Positions 1-12,600 of a stretch of DNA of 64,000 nucleotides are shown piece by piece. Source of the DNA: Tubiluchus corallicola (taxonomy: Eukaryota; Animalia; Priapulida); contig JAQGDQ010000002.1 of the NCBI GenBank assembly GCA_030141605.1, forward strand, positions 2,232,001 through 2,296,000. The letters are read 5' to 3'. The notes beneath the pieces are model-generated. The model was not told the origin of the DNA. It made no database searches and saw nothing but the letters and a program-made list of their open reading frames with translations. The position numbers were made by a program, and so were the translations under genes. The number at the start of each line of letters is the position of its first letter. Positions within the stretch are counted from its first letter, which is position 1.

Positions 1-46
1 AACAACAGGTGCGTTCCTATTTACATTACTCATATACTCTATGCCA

Positions 47-3000
47 TCATCTACCCGGTGTGACAATCAGTATTTGAGCAACATCATCATAATCATACGT
101 GCGTTTGAGGAACGTGTCTGTTATCCGAATGCCTGACACACTCTGGAATTCAATTCAATTAAAGAGATTTTTTTAGCATAAGATTGTCAGCAAATAGCAA
201 ATGCAAATTAGGTTTTGTCATCAAATTACTGTAGATAATATAAAAGATTGGAAAATCATTATAGTAAGGGAAAATAGTCAGCAGAAGCTTTCAGCAGAAG
301 GGAAACTTTCAGAAGCTGCAGAACTAGTCAGTTGTTATACTTAGAGTGAGCTCCAGTTTTATAGTTTTAAGAAATAGGACTGCCGTGAGTCAGTTTTCTT
401 TCATAGAAAAAGAATTTAAGTATTCAGCATTATCAGCAGAAAGTCTTGATTACATGATTATCCAGTAATTGATTTCTTTTGCAAGAATTATAAGGATGCT
501 TTAGCGGTTATCAACAGATTTTCTTAACACTTCTTGATAACAACATGTAAGCAAATTTGTACTACTAATTGGTGGCTGGTTTACATTCACACTGGATTTT
601 TATGTACAGAATTTTTTCGCTCTGTTATTTATGCTGTTATGTAATGATTTTAGTTAAACACAAATTTCAAAATAAATTTAAGCTTACAGGTGTACACACG
701 CACACATGTTTACAGTTTATTGGGGCATTCTCAAACACAATAATATCGACAATACTGAATATCGGCAACATAGAATATTGACACTTAATTCAAGTATTAT
801 CAATATTGTTGCGCATGTGTATGCCACTTTAGTAGTTTGTGGAAACTGCTGCAGTATAAAAATTGTTTAAAGAACACATGCCATGCATTAATGATTTACT
901 AAATTTAAATTATGAATTATTACAAGTTATTTTACTGTTACAATTGTTTAAAGAACACATGCCATGCATTAATGATTTACTTAATTTAAATTATGAATTA
1001 TTACAAGTTATTTTACTGTTATACAATATATCATTCACAAATAATTTTGTGCAGTCGATCAGGTTGTTGAAAGCTTTAACCATTCTAGTTGATTTTAGGT
1101 TTATCGTTTATTGCTTTAATAGAAGCTGCGAGTGTTTTTAGCAATTTTATTGCTTTTCTCAGTTTTTTGATATTGTTGATGTTGTCTGTTATACAATGTT
1201 ATGTCACTACTGATATTAGTGCTGTACCATCTTATTTTGCGTAAACAATAAAAAACGTTTAACAATGCCAGACTTTGAATTATTTATTGCACAATAAGTC
1301 TGCACCTTGTATTTTACTATTCGCTTTTAATAGATCAGAGCCTGTAGAAATTAAAAATGTCAGAAGTATATATATACTATACCTGTAATCCAGTTTGAGT
1401 AAAAACGAGCTGCAGCTTTAAATTTAAACTATTGTTAGGCTCAAGTTGACCAAGTTGTTTACATGTAATGCCATACCAAAACATTCCATTGTCCACTTGG
1501 TTTTCTACACTCATACTTAATTCCATTGGCCTTTCACTGTTAAAAGTTCAAAACATTGACAATGAATTTAACAAACTAAACAGAACTGCAAATGACTATA
1601 TCTGTTTGTAAAATTAAAAAGTGGTTAAAATGTGAAATGGGTTTTTCAATTCTAATACAGAATAAGCACTTGACAAAGCACACAAGCATAAACAAAAGAA
1701 CTGCCTGTCAACATCAAAATTCTACTCTAAAAGATATGCTACATACGCCAAAGAATAAGTGGTCATTACTCTAGTTAACATAATTGAAAAAAATCGCTCT
1801 TATATCATAATAAGTAAGTGACTTATAAGAGAAAAGAACAGAGTAATGGAGAAAAACCATGCTATTGACTATTGAGCATAAGACCAACTGACTGTATTGA
1901 CGTACACACAGTTAGTTATGCAGCAACTGATGTCAATTAGCTTCTCTCTTTCAGCAACGTCAGGAAACTGCATGACTTCTAAGTGTATATCACCATGAGG
2001 GGTAGCCTATCAAGAAATATAAATGCAATATTTAATAACAATAATTAAAAGTTATTATTTTTTTGAAAATTAATTTCAGTCATTTTTTAAAACAGATAAA
2101 GTGAAACACAGTACAAAGTGCATTCATTATAACTATTTTTGTGCAGGAAGGTACTTAACCGTTAACTCAATTTTAATGTAGGCTGATGAATAATTGTACT
2201 GCTACAAGTAACAAATCTTACAATTCTCTGTAAAGAACTGGTCTGAAGGCGTCCACATTCACCCATGTTCGATTTCCATATGATATCAAGCTTTCCCACT
2301 AGTGTTACACCCCGGAATGCCTTTAAATCTGCTGCACCATCTTTCCATGGTCGCAAACAGTAAAGAAACTGTCTTGTGTCCATTGGGCTCATGTATGGTG
2401 TAGACTCACAAGTTTTATATTGTGTCTCTTTAATGCCACTACAACAAGTAAACTGCTTATCAAGCAAAAAGAAATCCACAGAAACTCTGGAGTTTTGGCC
2501 CAATACTCACAGACTTAGCAATGCTGTATTTGCAATTGCATTGGAAAACTAAAAAACTTGTATCCATCCCACCATTACACAATTCTTCAAGTATAAGCAT
2601 TAAAACATCATCCACGAGCACTCATGTTACTTATTCGTGTAATATGTAACCTGTGTAGCTTGTACGCTATATTGCAAAAGTAAAGATAAATTGATTACAT
2701 GGACGGATAACCTTTTTTAGAGTGCAGAAGTGTGCAGAAAGAGATAGCTAGCTTCATGCAAAAAGTGAAGCAAACAATGGGTGCCATCTTCTAATACAAA
2801 TTCTATGGCCTTTGCTAGGCAAGCAATGGGTGCAATGTTGTACATACAAAAACTGCTTTTGATTGTTGGACAAAACAGCCCTTGACTGGCACACTTTTGA
2901 AGCGCTGATTGACATATATAGGTTAGTAGGTGGCATTTAAATCTAGAAGAGATACAGCATTGAGAAATGACACATTTCCAAAAATGCTATTTTTCTCAAA

Positions 3001-6000
3001 GCTTTCCAGTGTAACTACAAAAAATGATATATTTTAATTAGCAGACGTAGTACTTACTTAACAAATATAGCCACATTGAGATCTTCTACAATATAAAGTG
3101 GTGATGGTTCCAGGCTGACCTTTTCCATGCACAACAATGAAGAAGTGATATTTTGTATTTGAGCTTCCAAATAAACATCATCATCCTGCAAAAATTGAAG
3201 CTCTTCATCATTAGGAATACTCACAAACTACAACAGAGATACCAAATTACAACAATATTATATTAGGATTGGATTGATTATTGGTTTGTTGTATTATATT
3301 TGGTTATTGGAATTAGGTACAACAATGGCTTCAAACGATACTGTTACCTTGTTTTTCTGCTAATCAGAACTCAATAAATACTACTAGAAGGTGGCTTTTT
3401 GAGACTATTTATAACAAACAGTCACCTGATGGCTTTAATCATCTACTGGCCCAGGCAAGGACATGCACAGAGATAACTGTCTATGAACCGTAATTTTTAG
3501 CATCCATTTAACAAACAATGTTGGAGCAAGCTGGAGCAAGTGACGGATAATATCATGTTTTAAAAAGACAGGAAGAGTGTATTGGGAGGATTCAGCTCAG
3601 TGAGATCAGAAACTATTCTAGATTCTACTCAAAGAACACTAGGTTATGACTGTAAAGTCACACATGTACAACAAGCAGTTATGGAGATCTAGTTTAGGAA
3701 AACAGCAAACAGATATTGTTTAACTGCAATCTAAAGCAGTAAATATTATACCGACATTTAATGCTGAGGGGTAATGTGTTTCACAGTTTTGGTCCGCTAT
3801 AGCTAATGCAATATTTTGCAATATTGGATCTACAGTGACAAAGTTGGTAGTCATTATGTCTAGTATTACACAATTTAACATTCTTGATTACAGGATTCAT
3901 GAAGTATGTAGGGAATGCATCGTTATTGGTTTCATAAACAAGGACGGCAATGACATAGGAATTAGATCATCGACTGTTAGGATTCTACAATTACTATAGT
4001 ATGATTTAGTAAGCGAACAGAAGTTGGGGAATAAGTACACAGCACGTATAAATTTGCATTGCAAACTGTGAAGTGGGTTTAAATTAGTTTTGTATGTACT
4101 ACCTAAACTATATTCATGTAAGAAAAATATGGTAAGATAGTGTGCTACATAAAATTAATCACATTACTGTAATGAGTTATTTATTTTGCATAAATCATTA
4201 ATGTAAATTAAGCAAAGTTGAGAGCCTTCTGGCACTCGAGGAAGTAACATAGCATTCATGGCATAGCAATAATAATAATACTAGAAGTATAGGAAATAGT
4301 GTAGTGGTCATCGTGTGTGCTTGGGGTGTTAAGCATAACTGCGTTTGGTCAGTATATGGATAGGTGACTACCTAAAAATCATTTTAGGTTGATTTCAATA
4401 GCCATAAGCCATATTGCCTCTCAGGCTATTTCTGAAAAACATGTATGTCATCTAAAAGTGAGAACTCACTTGTGAGAATCATGGCTGTGAGAACTCCGTT
4501 GAATAAGTAGTATATCATACTCATAAGTATAAGTAGAGAATTATCCTCATTCCTCTAAATCTCAGTCTCATCAAAACATCTGTATCAAGTAGGTCTTGCC
4601 AGTGAGTGCTGGACTGTGGTCTACAAAGTGTGTTAAACTATATGCAAAATATAAAGTTATACCTCTCCCCCATAGAATTTTGTCTTGACGTCAATTGGTT
4701 TTAAAACCTGGAACTTGAAAAATTTTCTAAAGTACAACTTCTCACCGGAGAGTGTACAATAGTTAACAGCACACACCAAACTGAAAAACAATTAAAAATC
4801 GTTAAAAAGACACACAAACATTTTTACAGTATATGGACCACGTTTCAATATAATAGAAAAATACTGATGTGTGTAGTACAATTCAATTCAATTTTATTTT
4901 ATTTTCTCAATAGCAGTTAAAATTCGTCATGATTATTTTTACATTTCTTTGCAGCTGAGAAGGAGCAGCGAAAGACCTATTAGTCAGTTGGTCAGTTGCC
5001 CCTTATTAAAAATACAAGTTTACTCACAGGCTCATGACATTTTTAGGTGTTTGTGCATATATAAAAGGCAAATGCAACAAAAATCAACTCAACACAGAAA
5101 TGCAATTCAAAGCATAACAAGGCATAACATCAAGCAAAAAATTAATGAAATTCAATGTAGAGAAAAAAATAACATCAAACAAAAAAAGCAACAAAAATCT
5201 ACTCAAAGCAAAAATGCAATTCCACTCAGAATAAAAGGAAGTTATCACAAAGCAATGCAAAACGGAATTTAACTCATAGAAAAAATTATATCAAACAAAA
5301 TGAAACTCAAAGCGAAAATTTTATAAAACAAAAGCAATTCAACTGAAGGTAAAAGAATTTGTCAAAATTGTGGCACTGGATTATAACTGGTTATAAGAAT
5401 GCTTCGATTACTTAAGCAGTAAAGAGAAAGATAGTCCACAAAGAAAAAAGTAATTTTACAAGTTTAAGTCTCTAAAGATCTTATGATTAGGCAATTTCAT
5501 AGCAGAACTTGAGCATTTCCTTTATGTTATTACACTGTTAGCAAGTACACTATAGCTTAATGTTTATAATTAGAAGCATGGTATAAGTTGCCATATATAA
5601 CTAATTCTACCGATGACAGATAAATAACAAAAATCTGTGAATCAAAACAAGACTTTCAAAAGACTAAAATAGCAAATATTTATAGGGCAATTATAGTAAG
5701 CTAAAAATACATCAATAATAACTTGAATAATATTGCAGCAATTCATAACGCAGACTATTGTTAGTTTACAAAAACTGTTAGCTATGACAACCACAGTCAA
5801 GGTATACTACACTATTTGCTCACATATGCGTTCCTAGTTCCTTAACTTCATGACTAATGATATCGTCTATACTGTGATTTGGTTGCAGCTCTGGAGTAAC
5901 ATCGGTTACATTTCCTGAAAGTGATACCCGTTGACTGCTTGTCTGCAAATCAGCCTAGAAATAAAGGAAGAAAGTCTTAATGCATTATCATGCTTTACAG

Positions 6001-9000
6001 CAGCTTTGCAATATGCTGCATTTCATTAAGGTACCAAGCAATTTTCTGATATCACAAATGACAAAGGTAAAGAAATGATTGTAGCTATCCCAGATACCGA
6101 TTTAAACAGATTTTGGGAGCTACTTATCTTTCAAGGTATATGCAAGAAAATTATGCATGTAAGAATTTAGATTTTGCATAAATTAGTGAAAAATTGATTT
6201 TATCAGTTGCAAATAAAACCAGGAAGCAAATGGTATATCACAAATAAAACATATTCTAAAAAGAAGTAAAATATATCAACCGGAGTGATAAACATCAGCA
6301 CTGATAAAGAGAATAAAACAATTATCGGTTTGTACAGATAAATACAGGAAAAAACAAATTGTTTACCTTAATGGTGACATCAGTGGCTACCTGATTACTT
6401 TCATTATGGATGCTGATACAGCTCGTAAATGTCTCTCCCAAAAATATGCTCCTATAAAGAATACATAACATAAGCTCATTAGCTGAAAATATTCAAATTG
6501 CATAATGCAAATCTAGAAAAGTTAAATGTACAACACAGTTCATGTTGCTAACCAGAGCTAACCTCACAAATTCAATGAAATCAATTCAAAAATCACAATT
6601 TTAATTAAAGCCCTGAGTCTGTGTCTGTAGGATTGCTTGCAAACTTAAGCAATGTTATTACTTTTAATACCTAGTACATGAAAGTATATCAATAAATGAA
6701 GTTGACCAGATCGGTAGCTGTGAGAAAAGATCAGGAAAGTTAATGACATACCAGTTCTGCCATTGAAACAAACTTACTGTTACGTTTTCTAGTTTATGAA
6801 CTGCAAGTTCAAAAGCGATTTCAGTTTATCATTCAAAACCATGTGTGCGGCCTCACTGATTTTTCAAGAACAATAAAAAATTTGACACCAGTCACTGTCA
6901 GACACAGACGGCATATTCAGAAGCAAAGTCGAGAAGTGCAAGAAGGCAATCAGAGGAAAGTAACAAGTTAGAGTAAAGGACCAATAATCTTGAAATTGTA
7001 TTTTTAAGTTTATGCAACATTTACAAGTGTTTAGGCACATGCAACAGACAAGCTTTATTAAATTACATTATTAAAGAAAAAGCTTTCTAACATTATAATA
7101 AATCTGTGTAAATGTAATGCAGCATTTAGTAGCAAACATGACATCAGCCTCTGAAATTTATGTGAGCACTATTTCATAGACAAGCTAGTGGAAAAAATGC
7201 TTTTTGCATCCAAGCCAAACTATAGAAACAAAAATGTTTTCTGACTTTATTTTTCTTAGCTATTACTCATCTAACAGGAAAGGAAGTTATATTTGCTTAA
7301 CAAAAATTCAGATGAATAATTACTTTCTGAGCTCTGTGACATTTTTAAATAATAGGCATTTAAAAAATCACCCATCCAAGATCATTGACATGCATATGAC
7401 AAGATCTGGCCACCACCTGACACTACAAGTTATCCAAAGCTGATTGTCCAACAGTTTGTTTTTAGTTGAAAATTACCTACCGTTTTCTGTTAGTCCACTC
7501 ATGCCGCTAATTAGTAAGGCTCAAGTATACAACTCTCCACACACAAGAAATTATATCTAATCTTAGAATTTTTAGAATCCTGAAGCTGATTAGGGCTAAA
7601 GGTTGGGATTAGTGTTAGGGTTTGGGTCAGGTTAGGGTTAAGGCATTTAAACTGTGTGGGGAATCGTAAACTCCTTCCCCGAGTAATGTCTAAGAATGAC
7701 TCAACGGTGGTATTTAGCTTACCCAAAACTTTGCGGTAGAGTTAACAGATCACCAATTGGGAATTGTTGAGTAGGTTCCTTTGCCCACAGTTCACTATCT
7801 AAAGTTTGTTGCAATGCACCACGTAAATCATTTGTGTCAACTCCTACACGGTGCTCGGTAAATAAGCCTGGCTTTGTTAAACGCATTACTGAAAAATTTA
7901 TTTAGATAAACTTTTATAATAAGTCCCACAAAAAGGAATTTCTCATAAAATTTTAACCATTGTTTTGTTTTCTGTAAAAAGCTTCCTAAAGCCTCATTAT
8001 TGGCTTCCTAATGCTTCATTATTGGCTTTCCACGCATTTACACTGCATTTAAGTAATAACAACTAAAACATCCTTGGCTGCACAAATTGTTGTGAAAAAA
8101 ATATTTTGACCTTTCTGAGTAACGTACACTCAAAAAGCTTAAAAATAAGACTACCCCTCTCCTTATTAAAGTTTAAGATGATAAAGGAAATATATACATT
8201 TCCATTTAAATTGATTTAGATTTTACAGATTAGCTTTAGCTTTCATGTATAATTAATTTAATAAGGCAAAACTAATAATGTAAGAAACACAATAAAAATA
8301 ATTATATTAAGGCTAGATGCAAGATATAGTAATAATTTACTTTTCGCCGACTTTTCGACTAACATAAACCTACTCCAGTTACCAGCCTGACAAGTACTAT
8401 CCTTGTTCATAGTTTAACGAATGTTACCGATAAAGCATCCCAACGTGGTGTTATCGACACCGGTTTATCGGATCATTTCTTAATATACTGTACAAGGAAG
8501 ATATAAGGCCAAAAATTGAAAAATAAATACCTGAATTATAATCAAGTCGTTTACAAATTATGATAAAACTGTATATGTTAACTTATCAAATAGTGAAACC
8601 TGGGAAATTGTCTATTCCGTTAACGATGTAATTATTTCATGGCTTTTTAAACGTATTAAATTTAACCAAGAACTGAACCGCAGACGAATTTTATATTAAC
8701 AGTACTGTTTGTAAGTGGTTTCATCTTTAGTACTGTTAGCCTTAATTTTAAGATTATCTTGACTATAGTCAAGATAATCTTAAAATTAAGGCTAACAGTA
8801 CTAAAGATGAAACCACTTACAAACAGTACTGTTAATATAAAATTCAAGTTCAATATAAAGCTAATTAGACAAAACAAGAGTTTTTTAATAATAAGTTAGA
8901 CAAAAGTAAAAATAATTCTAAAAAGCTATGGACAGTGGAGACACCTCAAAAATCTAGAATACAGCAATAAATCTAAAGAGAAAAATCAAGTTGTTTTGAA

Positions 9001-9631
9001 AATAAATGTGAAACTGTGAACATGATTCACAGAAAATCACAAATTATATTAATAATTATACTAATTATAATAATGATGTTTTTAACATTATGGTAGCAAA
9101 GGCTAGTAAATAAATAAATCTGTTCAAGATTTTTACATTTATTTATAAACTGTGAGACTTTTTAATTATAACAAAGACATGATTTGGGTGTACATCATTT
9201 TCTGTTAATTTAATACGATTTTGCCTTATTATTTCAACTACTCGCTATGTTTTGCTCAAGGTAGTACAACCACACAGGAAGACAGGATAAACCTTTAAAT
9301 GAGACAGTTAACCAGCAGATGTGTCTTCTAGGCAGTACCAATCTTCCATCAACAACATCGAGGTTAAAGCCACCAGCAGCATGACATAGTTTAAAAATTA
9401 CCTAGGCATCATGAAATTATCTAGAAACAGTTTCTTCAGTGGTTACCCATTCATTTAACGACCAGGCTCAACAATGCTTAATCTCATTTGGTAAGCAGAC
9501 AATAGTAGCCAATAACAATTAGTCTAAAATGCTGACACAACATTGGAAAACTAAGAAAAAACACAACATAAGATGCAAGCATTACCCTTTAAAGCTAACA
9601 AATGTTCCCTGTCTTTTATTGCTGAGTCCAT
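47..9631 (-). CDS. TRAPPC13: Trafficking protein particle complex subunit 13 (~413 aa, 10 coding exons)
   Basis: Exons (minus) 9586-9631, 7723-7888, 6367-6451, 5824-5954, 4663-4780, 3058-3185, 2222-2438, 1906-2006, 1383-1536, 47-142. All are GT-AG with compatible phases (1242 nt). Translation carries TRAPPC13 motifs: [76 protein letters not shown]. Confidence 0.95.
861..1024. repeat. Two-copy 81 bp tandem duplication in the last TRAPPC13 intron
   Basis: ttgtttaaagaacacatgccatgcattaatg... starts at 863 and again at 944, nearly identical; this explains the 27-aa repeat in ORF 863-1141. Confidence 0.9.
4297..4470 (+). mobile_element. Degenerate SINE with tRNA A-box plus 5S rRNA-derived head
   Basis: tagtgtagtgg (A-box-like) followed by gttaagcataactgcgtttggtcagtatatggataggtgactacc, which resembles the 5S internal control region; related to the copies at 9290, 47610 and 60265. 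Confidence 0.55.
7524..7670. mobile_element. Small non-autonomous element with degenerate (TTAGGG)n tract
   Basis: ttagggctaaaggttgggattagtgttagggtttgggtcaggttagggttaagg lies between imperfect inverted repeats agtatacaactctccacac / gtgtggggaatcgtaaact; the layout resembles Helentron-associated (HINE-like) elements. Confidence 0.4.
8686..8845. repeat. Perfect 160 bp palindrome (80 bp arms, no spacer)
   Basis: 8686-8765 is the exact reverse complement of 8766-8845, centred on gacta|tagtc; checked base by base. Confidence 0.95.
9290..9500 (-). mobile_element. 5S-derived SINE copy
   Basis: Minus strand reads gattaagcattgttgagcctggtcgttaaatgaatgggtaacc (5S ICR-like); body acacatctgctggttaactgtctcatttaaag matches acacatctgctgatttagtgtctcatcttaaag at 47746. 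Confidence 0.6.
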
Positions 9632-12600
9632 AATTTTGCTTGTGCGTTAGATTCAGCTGAATATAGATTATCCAAAGCGGCCTGCTATCAGAGTATTGTA
9701 TACATCTTAGCTTGACACACCTGAGCATTTATATAAACAAATTTAATAAATATACATTCATTTTTAAAGCAACAGAAAGAAACTTTAAAATATAATTAAA
9801 CAATTCTTTAAAGCCAGATATTACAGTACAAACAGAAAGGGGAACACAAAACTATTCCAGACTGAAATCTCAGTAGAGAATTAAGGATACTGTCATTAAT
9901 CACGACATCAATTTCAGACATAGAAAAAGGATTCTTTTTTTGCAAAAGAAAGTAAAATGTTAATTTGCAACACTGTTAAGTGTTTTGTTTATTATAGATG
10001 TTTACTTAATAACTGATTTACGTAAAATTCAATGTAATTACTTCAGTACTTCAACCGTGAGAATAAATTTTTAATCTTTTGTTCAAAATACATTAAATTT
10101 ATTTATGTGTGAGCATAAAATGACTGCACGGCATTCTTCTTTCACGCTCTGGTTTTAACAACGTGATTGCATGTATGACAGGTCATTAAGTAACAAAACA
10201 GCTATATTACTGTTATTAATGAAATTAATCATGTTGCTAAAAATGCTACTTAACTATACATATATATATATATATGTAGACATTTCCAACAGGAAATTGC
10301 AAATTGAACAGTTCTACAAATATTTAGAGTCTAGATTCTTTAGTAGGAAAGCATGAAATAATAGTATGATCGAAATAATCTAAATTTGTATTAAATAATT
10401 TATATTATTATCATTATCAGAACTGCTAAAGAAGATGAAAGAAACGAACAAGCTTTCATAATAATGTGACTACTTGGTAGGGCAAGTATGGAAAATATAA
10501 ACACATTTCTGGAACTTTAGGAGCTTTATCACACATTAAATCACTTGATCTGACAATTATTCATTTGCACATTTATTTTTCACTCATTCACATCCAGATA
10601 ATAAGTGACTTGGGTTGAGTCCCTTGACCAAAATTTATTGCAGAGTTAGTGACAAAGTCACAATGAAACATTAGCTAAGAAACACATTAAACTGCATTAA
10701 ATGTGAAAACCAAAGGAATTTCGACGACACAGGCATTTTCATGTTACATCTTCAAGTTAAAAAATTCTTTCTGATTTATCTATTTATCTTCTTTAATCTG
10801 AAATGATCAATTTGATAGTTGTAGTAGTAGGACAGTGGTATCTACTTATTTTCAATAGAGCAGATTGCACATAATTATCTTTCATGCTTGAAGTGGAGGC
10901 CCAGATCTTATTGAGGAAAGCCTCCAGAAACCAACAATAATCAATACAATACATCAACGTTTGTGTTTGATGTTGCTTGTATTGGTATTTGTTTTTAAGA
11001 CTATTGCAAACAGCAGATATTAAACTGGTTATACATAATTACTGTACTTGTAAGTAAAATCAATACCCATAATTGAGCAGAATCTTCTTGTTTTCAACTG
11101 AACCATTTATTTTAAGCAGTAAGACATTGATGATTAGTTTTCTTATATTTTAGATTTTGTGATTAAGTTTTCTCATCTCAAAACATATGATTTTACTTGC
11201 CCACTATTATCACCCATCTTATTCCAATAATTATATATACTGATTAACATGCAGTTGAATTTTATAACAGGCTAACAAAAATATATTAATATTATTTTTT
11301 AATGATGAATTAATGACGACCTGTTATATATAATGCCAAGCCACCAAAACTAAATTCTGTAAATGAACAACATATAAGGACAGTGTTTTTTAGGACTCTT
11401 ATCGTACACTGGTCTACAAAATATAGTTTCAGTATTGGCTAATTTGTATTGACTGCATGTGTGAAATAAATACGTTTTATATCTTATGTGTATGTATAAC
11501 AAAGGCAATAAAGAATTTTAATTATAAGTTTAGTTCTTGAAAAGACAATCATTTCACCACAGCGAACTGATCTTCTACCCTTATGATTAAGCTGTAACAG
11601 TCTGTATGATTTAATGCTGAACATATCGGAGTCAAATGGAAGTGAGGCTAACATGTATGTTAATACGGTTGTGTTATTCTATACAAACACATTGACACTG
11701 CATAATAAAGCAGAAGTGTTAATAGTAGTTGAACACCTCAGCCGATTAAAACAGGTTGTCTAATAATGGATGACTCTAATATTTCATTTTTGAGAATGTG
11801 ACGTGTAACATGTTGTGAATTTTTTTAAAACTATTTAAATAAAAATACGTCTTTAAACCAAAATCCACTTGAAGGAAGTAGCAATCCTCGAACAACATTT
11901 ATTGCATTTTAATGTACAATTAAAAGTATTGAAGTCACAATACACAATGTGCACACAGAATGCTTTGTTTAAAAATGTAAAAGAAATTTAAATATTTCTT
12001 ATCTCCTACCAAATGAACGTTGACACCGGCGTATTCCAAAAAATGACATCAGCTGTTGTATGCTGTGCAGCATGAATGCCATGAAGGCAAGCTGTGTGAA
12101 GGTACGCGTTGCAGAATTTCTACAGTTTGCCTAGAAATCCTGTTATTCTAATGTTGTGTTTAACTGTGTTTATCTAGAAATTAATCATTCCACCAATTAT
12201 GATCAAATTTAAAGTGGTTACATTGCTTTAATCTACAGGATTGCACATTAAAATGCGTAAGTAATTAACATTAATTGTGTAAGTAATTAATTTACAGATT
12301 TTTTTGTTGACTTTTAGATAAGCATGTAAACTTGCCAGCAGGTAGTAGGTGCCGGGCTTATAGAGTCCGCTTTATAAGTTAAAAAGTTCAGTTTATACTG
12401 AAGCACCTTCACGACTTTAAATTGATTTTACTAATTGCACGAGATGCCTATCACAATTTTATTGCTGAAACTTTCTAACATTTTTCGCAAATATTAAAAT
12501 AAGCTCAACTTCCAAGACAGAAACTTCGCTTTTGCTTTAACGTGTGGGCTACCATGACAGAGAAACCACGTAAAAGGTGCTGCCATCTGTGGTAGAATCA

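Noticed and set aside
3230-3900. Nested gene (SHLD3-like) in TRAPPC13 intron 5
   Set aside because: No open frame; it looks more like a decayed LINE 3' end, too degraded to call.
7585-7645. Interstitial telomere
   Set aside because: Few, degenerate TTAGGG units inside an inverted-repeat-bounded element; typical of TE bodies.
11575-11625. C/D-box snoRNA-like ATGAT...CTGA pattern
   Set aside because: Imperfect boxes, too short, antisense to the presumed host transcript, and no terminal stem.
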